A stretch of 63,065 bases of DNA, counting the filler, from Thraustochytrium aureum (Eukaryota): assembly GCA_012862495.1 (NCBI GenBank). It is 5 parts of 3 records of this genome, joined end to end, with 100 filler letters (N's around TTAATTAATTAA, not from the genome) between each part and the next. Parts side by side here need not be neighbours in the genome. Positions count along the whole stretch, not along the records: positions 17,676 to 36,235 come from BLSG01000126.1; 4 more parts are not named here. One strand, given 5' to 3'. Positions 22,901 to 34,369 of this stretch are shown one piece after another. How positions within the stretch are numbered: position 1 is the stretch's first letter; each line of letters opens with the position of its first letter. Position numbers and translations under genes: made by a program. Below the pieces are notes generated by a model that ran no database searches, was not told the DNA's origin, and saw nothing but the letters and a program-made list of their open reading frames with translations.

Positions 22901-24479
22901 AGACCATCTTGCAGACGTTGAGCAAGATGCTGCTCCCAAAGCTGATCAGCGGCGCGCTGCGCACGGCCTTGCCCACGCAGCTCGGCACGTTGCTCAGCGA
23001 AGAGTACAACAACGTCAAGGTCGAGGGCCGTGTCGACGTGCGCGGGGACATGAGCCCCACCGTCTGGCGCGAGCCGCTGGTGGGGCCAACCGCGGCCGCC
23101 TCGCGGGCTCGCGCGGCGCTCGGGATCTCGGAGGAGGAGGCCGTCGCCGTCGACTTTATGTGCCGCGGCGAGCGCGCCCTGGCCGCTGGGTTCAAGCGCA
23201 AGGCCATGTCGCTGGCGAGGCTGTTCAAGTGGCGGCTCAAGTATGCCACGTACAAGATCGCCGACCTGGAGCCGCTCCTGGACCTCGTGCAGCGAGACGC
23301 CAACGTGGAGCTCCCCAAAGGTTGGTTCGCGCAGCTCGTCAAGTATGTGACGCTGCTGGCCAAGAAGCCGCTCGACTTTAAGGTGCAGATAACGCGCGTC
23401 CGCCTCGACGTGGACTTGGGCCAGGCCATCGGCGCGGGCCTCGACATCTACCTGTCCTCGTTCCAAGCGGCGGTCAACATGGCGCGCGCGCAAAAGGCGC
23501 GGGCCGTGGCGCTCAAGGCGCTGGAGGAGGCCGAAACGCAGATCGCCACCGTGAACGGCATCATCAACGATTACGTAGTGCCCATCATCCACCGCAGCGT
23601 GCGCCTCGGCGTGAGCGGCATGCTCGTCGGCGGCCTCGACACGGGCCTCGTCGCACTCTCGCTCACCGACGTGCAGGCCCAGGCGAAGCTCCCGGCGCGG
23701 TTCCTGCTGCGCGGCATTCTCCCCGCCAGCAACGCTCAGCACCCGCTGGAGGTGGAGGGCGTGGCCGGTCCGCGCGACGACGAGTACACCCTCAGAATCA
23801 CCGAGCGCCGCGGTGCCAAGCTGGGCCTCGCAGCAGCTGGCGCTGCCCCGCTGGACGGCGCCGACTCTGAGGTGTCGCTTCGAAACACGAAGCTCGAGCT
23901 TTTTCCGACGGGCGCGCCCGCGGGCACTGTGCGGCTCGAGGCGAGCGAAGTGCGCGCCTCGCTGCAGCTGAGCACTCTCGACATCATGCTGCAAGACATC
24001 AACGACTCTGTGCAGGCCAAGCAGCTGGCGCAGCAAAAGGGAGCCGCCGATGCCGACCGCAAGGGCTCGGCCCAGGGGCCCACGACCGTGTCGCCTCCTG
24101 TTGCTGCGGCTGGTTTTATATTTCCAGAGACGAAAGAGTTCATCAAGGAGAGCGAGGCGGTCGTGGGCATGTTTCGCACGTTTGACCAGGACGAGGAGGA
24201 CCAGGACGTGCTGTTGCCCTCCTCGAGCAGGCCTGCGCCGATTGCGCGCCAGCTCCCGCGCCTCCTCGCGCACGACGTGTACGACATGCGCGTTGATGTG
24301 AAGGGCCTCGAGTTTCAAGTAGACAAGGTGGCCAAGGAGGGGGGGGCGGCGAGGGCGAGGAGTCGCTGCGGCTGACTGCGGTCCCGACCGGCCAAGCGGG
24401 CGGGGCGGCGCCGCGGACGTGCGCTGTGTTCCACGTGCGCCTCAACATGCGCGACATGTTTGACGAGTTTTTGTATTGA
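22901..24479 (+). CDS. Hypothetical protein, 5'-partial; frameshift in G-run at ~24340
   Basis: About 490 open codons with strong GC3 bias. Adding one G extends the frame through ESLRLTAVP...FHVRLNMRDMFDEFLY to TGA at 24479. Confidence 0.7.
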
Positions 24480-24924
24480 TGGCGTGGGCCAGTCCTGGTC
24501 TTCCTTTTTTCTCCTTTTCCGCCGCGAGGGCGGCGGGGCGTGTGAACAGTAGACAACTGCCAACAACCAAACCAATCTTTTTCAAAATCAATCAAAAAAG
24601 ATGGGATCAGCGCCCTGCCCCCGCGAAAGCGTAGGGGACAGCGCAACAAGCAACACAAAACGGCGCGCTCTGTGCAATTCGAGAGCATTTCTTTCGCTTT
24701 ACATACAAAGCAGCCTCGACGTGGCCAAATTCACGTCGAGGTCGCGCTCTCCGCCGCCCGGTCGGTCGTGGCGTGTCTGATTCGTTGTATTTGTTCGCCC
24801 CAAACGCCGCGCAGCGCGCGCGCGTGGGGCGAGGACCGACCGGCTGTCTGTGCAGCGTTCCACCTCCCGCCCCGCGCAAGCCCGACGGCCTGCCCGACGG
24901 CCTGCCCGCACGCCCGCCCGTCGG

Positions 24925-25572
24925 TTAGGGCGCGCGCAGCGGGGCGGCTCTGGGGCTCGATGCAGAGGTGGTCCGCTTCTTGCTCGCCTTGGCGAGAAGC
25001 GCTTCTTCGCGCTGCCGCTCGATGCTGAGCTCGCGCTGCAGAAGCGTCTCAAAGTCAGGCGCCGCATCATTCCAGATCTGCTGCTTTTCCTCTTCGTCCA
25101 GGCGCGCGCGAATTTGTCGCTCGCGCAGCTTGGCCTCCTCGCGCTGCAGCGCAGGCTCGGGCAGGAGCCCGAACCGCTTGACTAGCTCGTCGACGCGGCC
25201 CTGAACCATGCGGTCCAGCACCGGCGACTTGCCGTTCTTGAGCGCGTAGGCCGCCTCGTTGGTGCGGAGCACCTTGAGGACGTCCTGCTCGAGGAGGTGG
25301 GCCATGCGCGGCAGGATACCGCTGAGCGACGAGAACGCGCCAAACTTTGGCGGCGCCGCGTTGCCCGGCACGATTAGGGAAAAGCAATCCGGTTGCGGCT
25401 TGCCTGGTCGGCAGGGCGTGATCGAAAGTATCAGGCCGGTGTCGTCCATCATCACCCGATACACGCCCCGCCGATTCTGCCGTACTTTTTCCAGCAGCAT
25501 CGACAGGTTTTTGTCGTACAGTTTCTGTGCCAGCTCCATTGTGGGAGCGGGCGACAGAGGGACCGTCGACAT
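24925..25572 (-). CDS. Hypothetical protein (215 aa)
   Basis: ATG-started ORF with coding-like codon usage and a charged helical C-terminus. Confidence 0.6.
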   Translation of the reverse strand: MSTVPLSPAPTMELAQKLYDKNLSMLLEKVRQNRRGVYRVMMDDTGLILSITPCRPGKPQPDCFSLIVPGNAAPPKFGAFSSLSGILPRMAHLLEQDVLKVLRTNEAAYALKNGKSPVLDRMVQGRVDELVKRFGLLPEPALQREEAKLRERQIRARLDEEEKQQIWNDAAPDFETLLQRELSIERQREEALLAKASKKRTTSASSPRAAPLRAP

Positions 25573-27732
25573 CGTTCTTCTGTCTCTGTTGTTTTGTTGA
25601 CTTGTCGTCGTCGTCGTCGTCGTCCTTTTCTCCTACTTACCTTGTTTTTTGTTGCTTTTTTGTTGCTTTTTGTTGCTTTTTGTTGTTTTCGGACGGCGCG
25701 GACGGTCGGGTCTCTCGAGCGGGCGCTCGAACGGGACCCGTATGCACACGGGCAGCCCGCTTCTTGCGTGCGCGAGGGCCTCGGGACAGGTGCTCCGGAT
25801 GGCGCTCCTGTCGCTCGAGGTTTTGTAGCGCTTCGCAAGTTTCGTTGGGCGGGCTTGCCTTAGAGGAGGTGGGCCTCCTGGGGAGCGTCGCAGTCAAGCG
25901 CGGCTCGCAGCCAGAGGCACAACGCGCAATTCCACAGACTGCTCGGGGCAATCTGTGGACTCCTTAGTTCCTCATCTTTCTTCGCCTCGTTGAGTTGTCC
26001 TATGCGCGTACTTGAGGTATGTTGTCCACAGCGGAGCCCTCGGGCTCTACGGCCGCAGCCCTTCCGTCCCTTAGGCGCGCCTTCTTGCCGCCTCCTCCTG
26101 CGTCCCGGCGGCCCTCAGCGGCCCGTCGTTCGTCGGTCCGGGCCGCTCCGACGCTCGCAAACAACCCCCCAAAGGGCGCGACCAGCACTGCGCTCCTGCA
26201 CTTTCGCGCGAGCCGCTCGCCGCCAGAGTCCTCGCAAGCCTGCCTGCCTGCCTGCCTGCCTGCCTGCTGCCTGCCTGCCTGCTTGCCTGCCTGCCTGCAG
26301 CCGTTGCGGGTCTGCAAGTGGCACTGCCTGTGCAGGAAGTGTCTCGCTTGCACTCCTGGCGGCCAGCGAACGAACGAGGCGGCCTGGCTGGCGGCCAGCA
26401 GGCTGAAACGCGCTGCTCGAGTGAGAGAGAGGCGCGGCGCCGGCAGCCCAACCGACCGCGCTCAGTGAGAGAGAGGCCGCCTACTCCCGCCGGCCGGTCA
26501 AGAACAAGAGCTTGCCCGTGTCGGCCCGAGGCACTCCGCTTCCACTCGCTGAGCTAGAGCGCTCGAGGAAGAGTACCTATGCGCGGCTGGCAGGCTGGCA
26601 GGCTGGCTGGCTGGCTGGCTGGCTGGCTCGAGCGATGGAGGTGGGTTGGTTCGCGCCGCGACCCGCAAGTCGNNNNNNNNNNNNNNNNNNNNNNNNNNNN
26701 NNNNNNNNNNNNNNNNNNNNNNNNNNNNNNNNNNNNNNNNNNNNNNNNNNNNNNNNNNNNNNNNNNNNNNNNNNNNNNNNNNNNNNNNNNNNNNNNNNNN
26801 NNNNNNNNNNNNNNNNNNNNNNNNNNNNNNNNNNNNNNNNNNNNNNNNNNNNNNNNNNNNNNNNNNNNNNNNNNNNNNNNNNNNNNNNNNNNNNNNNNNN
26901 NNNNNNNNNNNNNNNNNNNNNNNNNNNNNNNNNNNNNNNNNNNNNNNNNNNNNNNNNNNNNNNNNNNNNNNNNNNNNNNNNNNNNNNNNNNNNNNNNNNN
27001 NNNNNNNNNNNNNNNNNNNNNNNNNNNNNNNNNNNNNNNNNNNNNNNNNNNNNNNNNNNNNNNNNNNNNNNNNNNNNNNNNNNNNNNNNNNNNNNNNNNN
27101 NNNNNNNNNNNNNNNNNNNNNNNNNNNNNNNNNNNNNNNNNNNNNNNNNNNNNNNNNNNNNNNNNNNNNNNNNNNNNNNNNNNNNNNNCGAAACCGGGAC
27201 TGTGCGCGCGGCCCTCTCATCTCGCGCCCGTGATTCGAGTGGCGCTCCACGGTGGGTGGCGAGAGCGAAAAGGAGGGCGAAACCGAACTGTGCGCGCGGC
27301 CCCGCCTCCTCAGACCCCTCCACCTCGCCCCCAGCGAAGCGACAACCCACTTCGCACTATTGTGAGAACAAAGACCCGCCCGCTCACACGCCAGCCAGTC
27401 ACGCATGCCCTGTTGTCTTTCATCGCATCTGTGCTGCTCTGACTCGCTCTTGAGGTTGAAAAAGGGCAAGAATCGACGAACGCCCTGTGAAAAAGTGGCC
27501 TGTACAGGGCAGGGGGTGAGAAGAGCCAACTGCGCGCGCCCCCTCACAAGCAAGCCGCGACGGTGTACATGCGCAGCTCCCAGGTCCCGCGTGCCATCTC
27601 CGGCAGCGGCCAGGAAGCGCCTCTCTCCGCCGGGGAGCTCGTCTTTCCGCCTCTGCTGCTCTCTTAGATCATGTTGAACACCCACTGGCATTGGCCATGG
27701 GATTTGTACTTCGTTTCGGTTTTTACTCACTT

Positions 27733-27858
27733 TTCATTTTGGCTTTGGTTTTTATTCATTTTGGCTTTGGTTTTTGTTCATTTTGGTTTTTATTCATTTT
27801 GGTTTTGGTTTTTATTCATTTTGGTTTTGGTTTTTATTTCATTTTGGTTTTGGTTTTT
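27733..27858 (+). repeat. T-rich ~22-bp minisatellite (TTCATTTTGGYTTTGGTTTTTR, ~6 copies)
   Basis: Directly visible, about 300 bp upstream of the ABP34-like gene. Confidence 0.85.
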
Positions 27859-28151
27859 TTCTTCCTCGCCACTGCAGAGGCAGGGAGAGAGGGAGAGGAT
27901 TGACACTTTGTGCGATCAGCGAGCGTGTCAAGGAGTGGAGGAGTACACAATAAGGGTTGTGCGCTGCGACGCAGATGCCGGGCTGGCAGACACCCATCAC
28001 AGCTCCTCACGCCTCCGCAGCGACCCGCGCCTTTCGTTGCGAGCGGCAGCAGCACCGGCACGCAAGGTACAGCGAGCTGTCCACGCACCGTCTGCAGGAG
28101 CGCGCGGGAAAAGGGGCGCGAGCGGTGCAGTAGGCGACAAAGGTTGCCAGC

Positions 28152-29036
28152 ATGTCAGGCTTGCTCAAGCGCCTGTCGATGGGCAAGGTCTCTGACGCCC
28201 AAAAGGCCTTCAAGGAGAGCCTGAGCCCCGAGGCCGTGCTCTTCTTCAACGATGTCGCGAAGAAGCCCTTCTCGCAGCAGGCCGTCGCCTTCCTGAACGC
28301 GTACTGGGACGAGGTCGGCGACCAAGCCGAGTTCATCTTCACCGTCGCCTGGGAGACAATGAAGTACGCCGACATGCACACCAAGGGCGTGTCGCTGATC
28401 CACCTGTACGAGGAGGGCGTCGAGCTCGACTTCAACGTCGGCCTCTACTTTTACGAGAAGCTCTGCCAGCGCGTGCTCGACGAGCCCGCCGGCAAGCGGT
28501 GGCGCGACGACCCCGCCTTCAAGGCCTCCATGCCGGTGATGATGACCGCCATTGTGCGCAAGAAGGAGCTGCGCGACAAGGTCGACGTCAACTTTGACGG
28601 CAAGATCTCGTTCCTCGAGTACCTCCTGTACCAGTACCGCGACGTGGCCAACCCGGCCGAGTTCACCCGCCGCGGGATGGCGGCCAACGCCAAGGAACAC
28701 CCCAAGGTGCGCGCCGCGCGCCTCGCCCTCGAGGACGTCAACGAGAAGATCCGCGCCTACGAGTCAGAGAAGGCCCGCCTTACCGAGCTCTCCAAGCTCG
28801 ACGGCGTCAAGGGCCTCACCGCCAAGCACGCGCTCACCATGCTTGTCACCTCGCCAATCGCCGAGGAGCTTCAGGTCGCCCTCATCAAGGCCGAGGCCGC
28901 GGTGCGCCTCGCGACCAAGGCGGCGCGCGCAGAGGCGGCGGCAGAATACGAGGCCTCGGGCGGCGCGCAGGCGGGCGCGCTCTGGTGGATGAACAAGGAC
29001 CTGGCGGTCAAGAAGGAGCGGTACGGCCGCAAGTGA
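28152..29036 (+). CDS. Calcium-regulated actin-bundling protein (Dictyostelium 34-kDa ABP34/AbpB-like), EF-hand
   Basis: PFSQQAVAFLNAYW, WETMKYADMH, EF-hand DVNFDGKISFLEYLLYQY, ARLALEDVNEKIRAYE, GALWWMNKDL. This matches my recollection of ABP34 along its full length (294 aa). Confidence 0.85.
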   Translation: MSGLLKRLSMGKVSDAQKAFKESLSPEAVLFFNDVAKKPFSQQAVAFLNAYWDEVGDQAEFIFTVAWETMKYADMHTKGVSLIHLYEEGVELDFNVGLYFYEKLCQRVLDEPAGKRWRDDPAFKASMPVMMTAIVRKKELRDKVDVNFDGKISFLEYLLYQYRDVANPAEFTRRGMAANAKEHPKVRAARLALEDVNEKIRAYESEKARLTELSKLDGVKGLTAKHALTMLVTSPIAEELQVALIKAEAAVRLATKAARAEAAAEYEASGGAQAGALWWMNKDLAVKKERYGRK

Positions 29037-29221
29037 GCTGGGCGGCGACGGAGGCGTCCGTGCGCTGCAGCGCTTTGGCCTCAACAAAGACCATACCCGA
29101 ACTACCGACTCTTTCTTAGAATGCTACCGTTGTTGATCACCGTACTCGTTTACAAAAACACATCTTCTATCTATCTATCGATCGATCGATCGATCAGTCC
29201 TCTGCAAGCTACTCGCTCGCC

Positions 29222-30461
29222 TCAAGGGACGCCTTGCAGCTCCTCGAACAGCGCCTTCACCACCTGGCTACCGATTTCCTCGCTCGCGCCAGACCCCTTG
29301 AATACGCACGTGACGCGGTTCGTCGCCAGCGCGAGGCTGGCCTCCACCATCAGCGTAGCCTCGCTCGGCCGCCCCCGCGGGCACGCGTACAGGTAAAACT
29401 TGCGCACGCCGGCGACTTGCCCGCTCGCCAAGCAGTGCACGTTCGCTGCCCGGAACCGCTGCATCAACGCCGCGTCCTCTGGAGCAGCGCGCCCCAGGGT
29501 GGCTCCCCAAGCCTCCACTTGGTCCCGAGGCCTGCCACGCCGCTTCGAACGCTGCGGGGCTCACGGCCGGCCTCGCCTCAAAGCACGCGCGAGCTGCCTC
29601 GACGAGCGCCTCGCAGGCAAGCGACCCGCCGGGCGCCCCAGGCCTTGCCTCGTCGAAGCCATCGTCTTTGCCAGCGTCGCTCGAGAGCGGGTCCGGGAGG
29701 ACGACATCTCCGCCGGTGGCCGGCGCTCCTCGCGTTTCGACCTCGGCTTGGATCGCCTCGGCTTCGGATGTGCGGCCCAGCTCAAACTCGCGCTTCAGCT
29801 CGCCGCGCCGCCCACTGCAGACTCTGCGCCCGAACCGTACGACGCAACACGTGAGACACATCACGAGCGCCAAAGCAGCTACTAGCAAGACGACTTGCGG
29901 CGCCCTCGCATCGACCACGGGGCCCGCGTCCTGATCTGGGCGAGGCACTGGCGCGATGCGTTGCAACCCGAGGAAGATCTCCGCGACCTCAAACAAGTTG
30001 CTTCCATCAGCATCAGCCTCAGCCTCGACAATAGACACGACCCAAGTCTTGGCCCCGACGCCCGCCCATCGGCTTGCAAAGGCCGACGACTCGGCAATCT
30101 CGGTAACGCGATCTTGCCCACATGGGAACGCGAGCATGCCGCGGGGTCCCGCCGCCTCGTCGCCACCGTCTCTGCCGTCCGCTTCAGTATCTGCAAACAA
30201 CACGGCGCGCCCGGCCGAGCCGCGAACAGCAACAGCAACCGGCACGACGGCGCTGTCGAACGTAAACGCGAGGCCGAACGGCAGCTCGTTCACAATCACC
30301 ACGCACGTCCCGGCAGGCGCCGCGCGCGCGGGGCTGGCCGCCACGAGGCNNNNNNNNNNNNNNNNNNNNNNNNNNNNNNNNNNNNNNNNNNNNNNNNNNN
30401 NNNNNNNNNNNNNNNNNNNNNNNNNNNNNNNNNNNNNNNNNNNNNNNNNNNNNNNNNTCAT
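29222..30461 (-). CDS. Type I membrane protein with C-terminal beta-adaptin appendage (platform)-like domain; frameshift at ~29525; gap in signal peptide
   Basis: ATG at 30461, signal-like end LVAASPARA, ectodomain, TM helix VVLLVAALALVMCLTCCVV. Then PAVSPAAFEAAW...NVHCLASGQVAGVRKFYLYA...LMVEA...VTCVFK. Confidence 0.65.
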
Positions 30462-30956
30462 TGCCCGCCAGGCGCCCGCCAGGCGCCCGCCAGGGCCTCG
30501 GACGATCGCCGCCGGGTGTTCCGCGACTGCCTGCGCGGCTCTCCCAGGGGGGAAGGACGAGGGCAGGCAGGACGGGCGCGTTGTGGGGCTGTCTGCCATG
30601 GGCAAAATCCGCTTCCGGCAGTACCTCTCGAGGGAGCGCAAACGCGTCCGATCCTCGCACGCTCTGCGAGGGTCTCCGTGGCTCCGCGAGGCCGCGCAGG
30701 ACGTGGAGCGCGAGCCGCGGCGCTGCGCGGTCGTCTCTCGCTGTGCTGGCGGAGGGGAGTGGGGCACGACATCGCACATTTCGAGGCGCACACTCGAGGC
30801 GAGGCCTTTTTTTTGGTGCATTTGTGCGACGCGCGAAGCGCTGAGACGACGGCGGCAGCGGCGCAGGCCGGCGGACGCGGAGGGAAAGGTCGTGCGCGCT
30901 CTCGAGAGACGGAGAGCGGTCTTGTCGCGCCGAGTAACTCGCGCCTCGTCGACGGG

Positions 30957-32768
30957 ATGGAGCCTGGTAGAGGTCAAGAGGCGCCCGCCGCCTCGAGCCT
31001 CGACGCCGCAAGCGCCACGGCGTGGGGCGGCATCGGGCTACTCGCGCTGACCGAAGGGCGCGTGATGGAGCCGCAACGCGGTGGCCTGGACTTGCAGTGC
31101 TTTGTCGGCGTCGAGCGCCGGCACAACAAGGTACGTGGTCACCTGCAAGAGGCACTCAGGAGCTCCACGCAAGACACGACCCAGCTCCGCGAAAGGCTCA
31201 TTGAGCGCGCCGCGCTTGCGGAACAGCTGGCACAAGAGCGAGACCGCGCCGCCGCGCTAACGGAGCAATTGGCGCGTGAACAGGAGCGCGCGGCTGCTCT
31301 AACCGAGCAGATCGCGCAAGAACACGATCACGCCGCTGCGGCCGCCGCGCTGGCTGCTCAAAGGGCCGCAGAATTGCAGGAGCGTCTTGACGAGACGCTC
31401 GCAGAACTCGTCGATGTGCAAGACGACATTGTCAAAGCTGGCGACGAGCTCGTTCGTGAGCGCGAGGCTCGCATCAAATCCGTTCTCGAGGCCAACGCGC
31501 TCACAGCGAACGTCCGGGTCGAGCTGGCCGAAGAGCGCCGTGCCGCGCAGATTAGCCGCGAGGCCTTGGAAGCCGCAGCACAAGCCAACGCGGCAGCCCA
31601 GCGTCGCCTCCTAGAAGTGGCGAATGAGCGCCTCGCGGAGCAGCGCAGTGCTTCGGCGGCGGCTATCTGCGCTCTCGAGGCAGAGCTTTGCGAAGCGAAG
31701 GGGCGAATCGAGCACCTTGGCAAATCATTGGCAGAGTCCAGCAAACGCGCAGTAGCCGCGGAAGAGCGTGTTGCTGCGCAAGAGTCGGAGATGGCCTTGA
31801 GAGCCGAAGAGGCAATGCGCGCTGCTGAGGCTCACGCAAAGTCGGCCAGGGCCCTTGAAGAGGGCCGCCAGATGCAGCTCGAGGATTTCGAGGCCTGCCT
31901 CCTGGCCGCCTCGATCAAAGCGCAGGAAGAAGTGGCCCGCGTTGAGCAAGAGGCGATGCGGGCCCAAAGTATGGCTGGTCAGCGCGTCGAGCAACTCCAT
32001 AGTGACATGGAACAGGTGCGGCAGAGCGCTGTTGCAGACCTGGCGCAAGCAAAGCAAGAAGCCATGTTGGCTGCAGAAGCAGCCAAGGCCGCGTGGCGCA
32101 TACGCGAGTCCGAGCTCGAGGCCAAGCTGCTTGCCGCGCATGAAGCGCTGCAAGGCGTGCACGAGGATTTGGAAGCAACGAAGGAACGGGTTCGCCTTGC
32201 AGAGCTGGACCACGGGCGATCGAAGGAGGAGGCTTCAGCACAGCTGAATGCCAGGGCGGCTGCGAATGAGAGACTCCTGATGCAGCACGAGGAGACTTGC
32301 GCACGTTTGCTTTCTGTACAAAGAGAACTGCTGGAGACGCAGGCTGCTGCAAACGCGCACATGGTTGACGCGACCAAGTGGCGCAAGTACGCTGACCAGT
32401 TCAACGTCAAACTCGCCTCTTCCAATAGAGCTTTGCGTTCCAGCCGTGTCGCGAACAGGAACCTGTGGGAGAAGATTGCGGAACTCCGAGACTCATTGGC
32501 GAAGGCTTTGCGGGAGCAAGATGAGACACAGACGCAACTTTCCGAAGAGTTGTCCGAGCCTGAGCGCGAGGCGAGCCCCAAAAAGGGCCGCAAGCGCCGA
32601 CCTGCGCCTGCTCCCATGGAGGCCCCAAAGTTGGCGATGGCTGCCCCCAAGCCCGTGGCGACAGCGGCCTGGCCCGACGTTCTCGTCGTCACGCTAGCCG
32701 CATTTCTTGTCCTGGTTGTCGCGGACGTGGGATCCGTAGTCCTGCTCTCCACCACAGCTTTGTTCTAG
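30957..32768 (+). CDS. Long coiled-coil, tail-anchored membrane protein (golgin-like)
   Basis: About 500 aa of E/A/L/R/Q heptads, a basic patch PKKGRKRR, and a C-terminal hydrophobic segment VLVVTLAAFLVLVVADVGSVVLL. Confidence 0.75.
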   Translation: MEPGRGQEAPAASSLDAASATAWGGIGLLALTEGRVMEPQRGGLDLQCFVGVERRHNKVRGHLQEALRSSTQDTTQLRERLIERAALAEQLAQERDRAAALTEQLAREQERAAALTEQIAQEHDHAAAAAALAAQRAAELQERLDETLAELVDVQDDIVKAGDELVREREARIKSVLEANALTANVRVELAEERRAAQISREALEAAAQANAAAQRRLLEVANERLAEQRSASAAAICALEAELCEAKGRIEHLGKSLAESSKRAVAAEERVAAQESEMALRAEEAMRAAEAHAKSARALEEGRQMQLEDFEACLLAASIKAQEEVARVEQEAMRAQSMAGQRVEQLHSDMEQVRQSAVADLAQAKQEAMLAAEAAKAAWRIRESELEAKLLAAHEALQGVHEDLEATKERVRLAELDHGRSKEEASAQLNARAAANERLLMQHEETCARLLSVQRELLETQAAANAHMVDATKWRKYADQFNVKLASSNRALRSSRVANRNLWEKIAELRDSLAKALREQDETQTQLSEELSEPEREASPKKGRKRRPAPAPMEAPKLAMAAPKPVATAAWPDVLVVTLAAFLVLVVADVGSVVLLSTTALF

Positions 32769-33014
32769 TAGCGGGACGAGGAGAGAACAGCGCGAGGCCC
32801 CGCGGCGCGAGACGGGCGCGGATCGCGCTGCGACGAAAACTGCTGTTTCTTTTTTCAGAGTTGTACAAACTCCATGGCGTCGTTCCATTTCAATCCTCAA
32901 GCCAGCTTCTACATTGTGGCTACCTACCAGCCAGCTGTCCTGCGGCTGCCCCATGCCAGCTTCTACATTGTAGCTACAGCTGTCCTGCGGCTGCATCACG
33001 CTTGGAGCTACCAC

Positions 33015-34045
33015 CTAGCTGTCCTGCGGCTGCGCGACTCCCTGCTCGCGCACAGGCTCGGCCGGCTCCTCGTGATTGCGCAGCATCTCGTCGCGGCGAT
33101 CTGCCTCGCTCGCGACGAGCCGAGCACGCGACGCAGCTCGCTCCTCCGCAATAATCCGGAGCGACTCGTGGAACGGGGCGCTCGCGGAGGCACGCACCCA
33201 CGGGGGTGGCTGCTCCTTGAGCTGCTCAAAAGNNNNNNNNNNNNNNNNNNNNNNNNNNNNNNNNNNNNNNNNNNNNNNNNNNNNNNNNNNNNNNNNNNNN
33301 NNNNNNNNNNNNNNNNNNNNNNNNNNNNNNNNNNNNNNNNNNNNNNNNNNNNNNNNNNNNNNNNNNNNNNNNNNNNNNNNNNNNNNNNNNNNNNNNNNNN
33401 NNNNNNNNNNNNNNNNNNNNNNNNNNNNNNNNNNNNNNNNNNNNNNNNNNNNNNNNNNNNNNNNNNNNNNNNNNNNNNNNNNNNNNNNNNNNNNNNNNNN
33501 NNNNNNNNNNNNNNNNNNNNNNNNNNNNNNNNNNNNNNNNNNNNNNNNNNNNNNNNNNNNNNNNNNNNNNNNNNNNNNNNNNNNNNNNNNNNNNNNNNNN
33601 NNNNNNNNNNNNNNNNNNNNNNNNNNNNNNNNNNNNNNNNNNNNNNNNNNNNNNNNNNNNNNNNNNNNNNNNNNNNNNNNNNNNNNNNNNNNNNNNNNNN
33701 NNNNNCGCGCCTTTTGTCGCCGCTCGCGCTTCTCCACGTCCCCGCGGGTCTGCCGTTTCCTCGGCGCAAACTTTTCACTTGGAAGGACCTTGACGCCCAG
33801 CTCCTCCTGCACCCCGCTCGCGCTGCCCGTCAGTCGCGCCGCGCGCCCGCAAGCGACCGCCAGCCTCCTTCGCAACCGCACGCGAGCCCGCCCGAGGTCG
33901 GCCTCCTAGGCCCGACATCGGCCAGCCGGGCGCAGAGCGGCGGCGGCCTCGCAATGCCCATGCATCCTCCATCGGCCTCGCGGCCGGCCGGCTCGCGCCT
34001 GCCTGCCGCACTTACCTTGAGCGTGGAGTCCCAGTCGTCCGCCAT
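33015..34045 (-). CDS. Hypothetical protein; intron 33807-34015; internal gap
   Basis: Exon 1 MADDWDSTLK, intron GTAAGT...CTGAC...GCAG, exon 2 EELGVKVLPSEKFAPRKRQ in frame. Ends ...QPQDS-TAG after the gap. Confidence 0.6.
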
Positions 34046-34369
34046 CGCTGTGCGCGCCACTGCGCTCCTGCGCGCGCCGGCAAGGCCCTCCACAGGCGGC
34101 CTGCGTTGGCGCACTGCTCGAGTTCGTGGTCTCGAGCTGCTCAAGCGGAAAAAGCGAGGCTCGTCCTCGAGCTGGACGCGACGTGGACGACCTCGCGCGG
34201 CAGGCGCTTGATCGAGCGAGAAGAGGGAGAGCGCGGGCATGCCCTTCCGTTTCTCTTTAGCTAATGCTCCTCCAGGGAGCTGCTCTAGAGCTTTGTCGAC
34301 GGGCCGGTGGACGTGGACGAGGGCCAACTCGAGGTCAGCTTCCGAGTCGGCGGTACGCCTCGGCGCTCC

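Noticed and set aside
21964..24318. Long antisense and alternate-frame ORFs (this one, 16671-17627, 1730-2677, 31979-32755 and many more)
   Set aside because: These are shadow ORFs expected from high GC3 on the real gene, often inflated by N runs, and they carry no motifs.
27671..28195. Phe/Trp-rich membrane-protein-like ORF
   Set aside because: It is the translation of the T-rich minisatellite.
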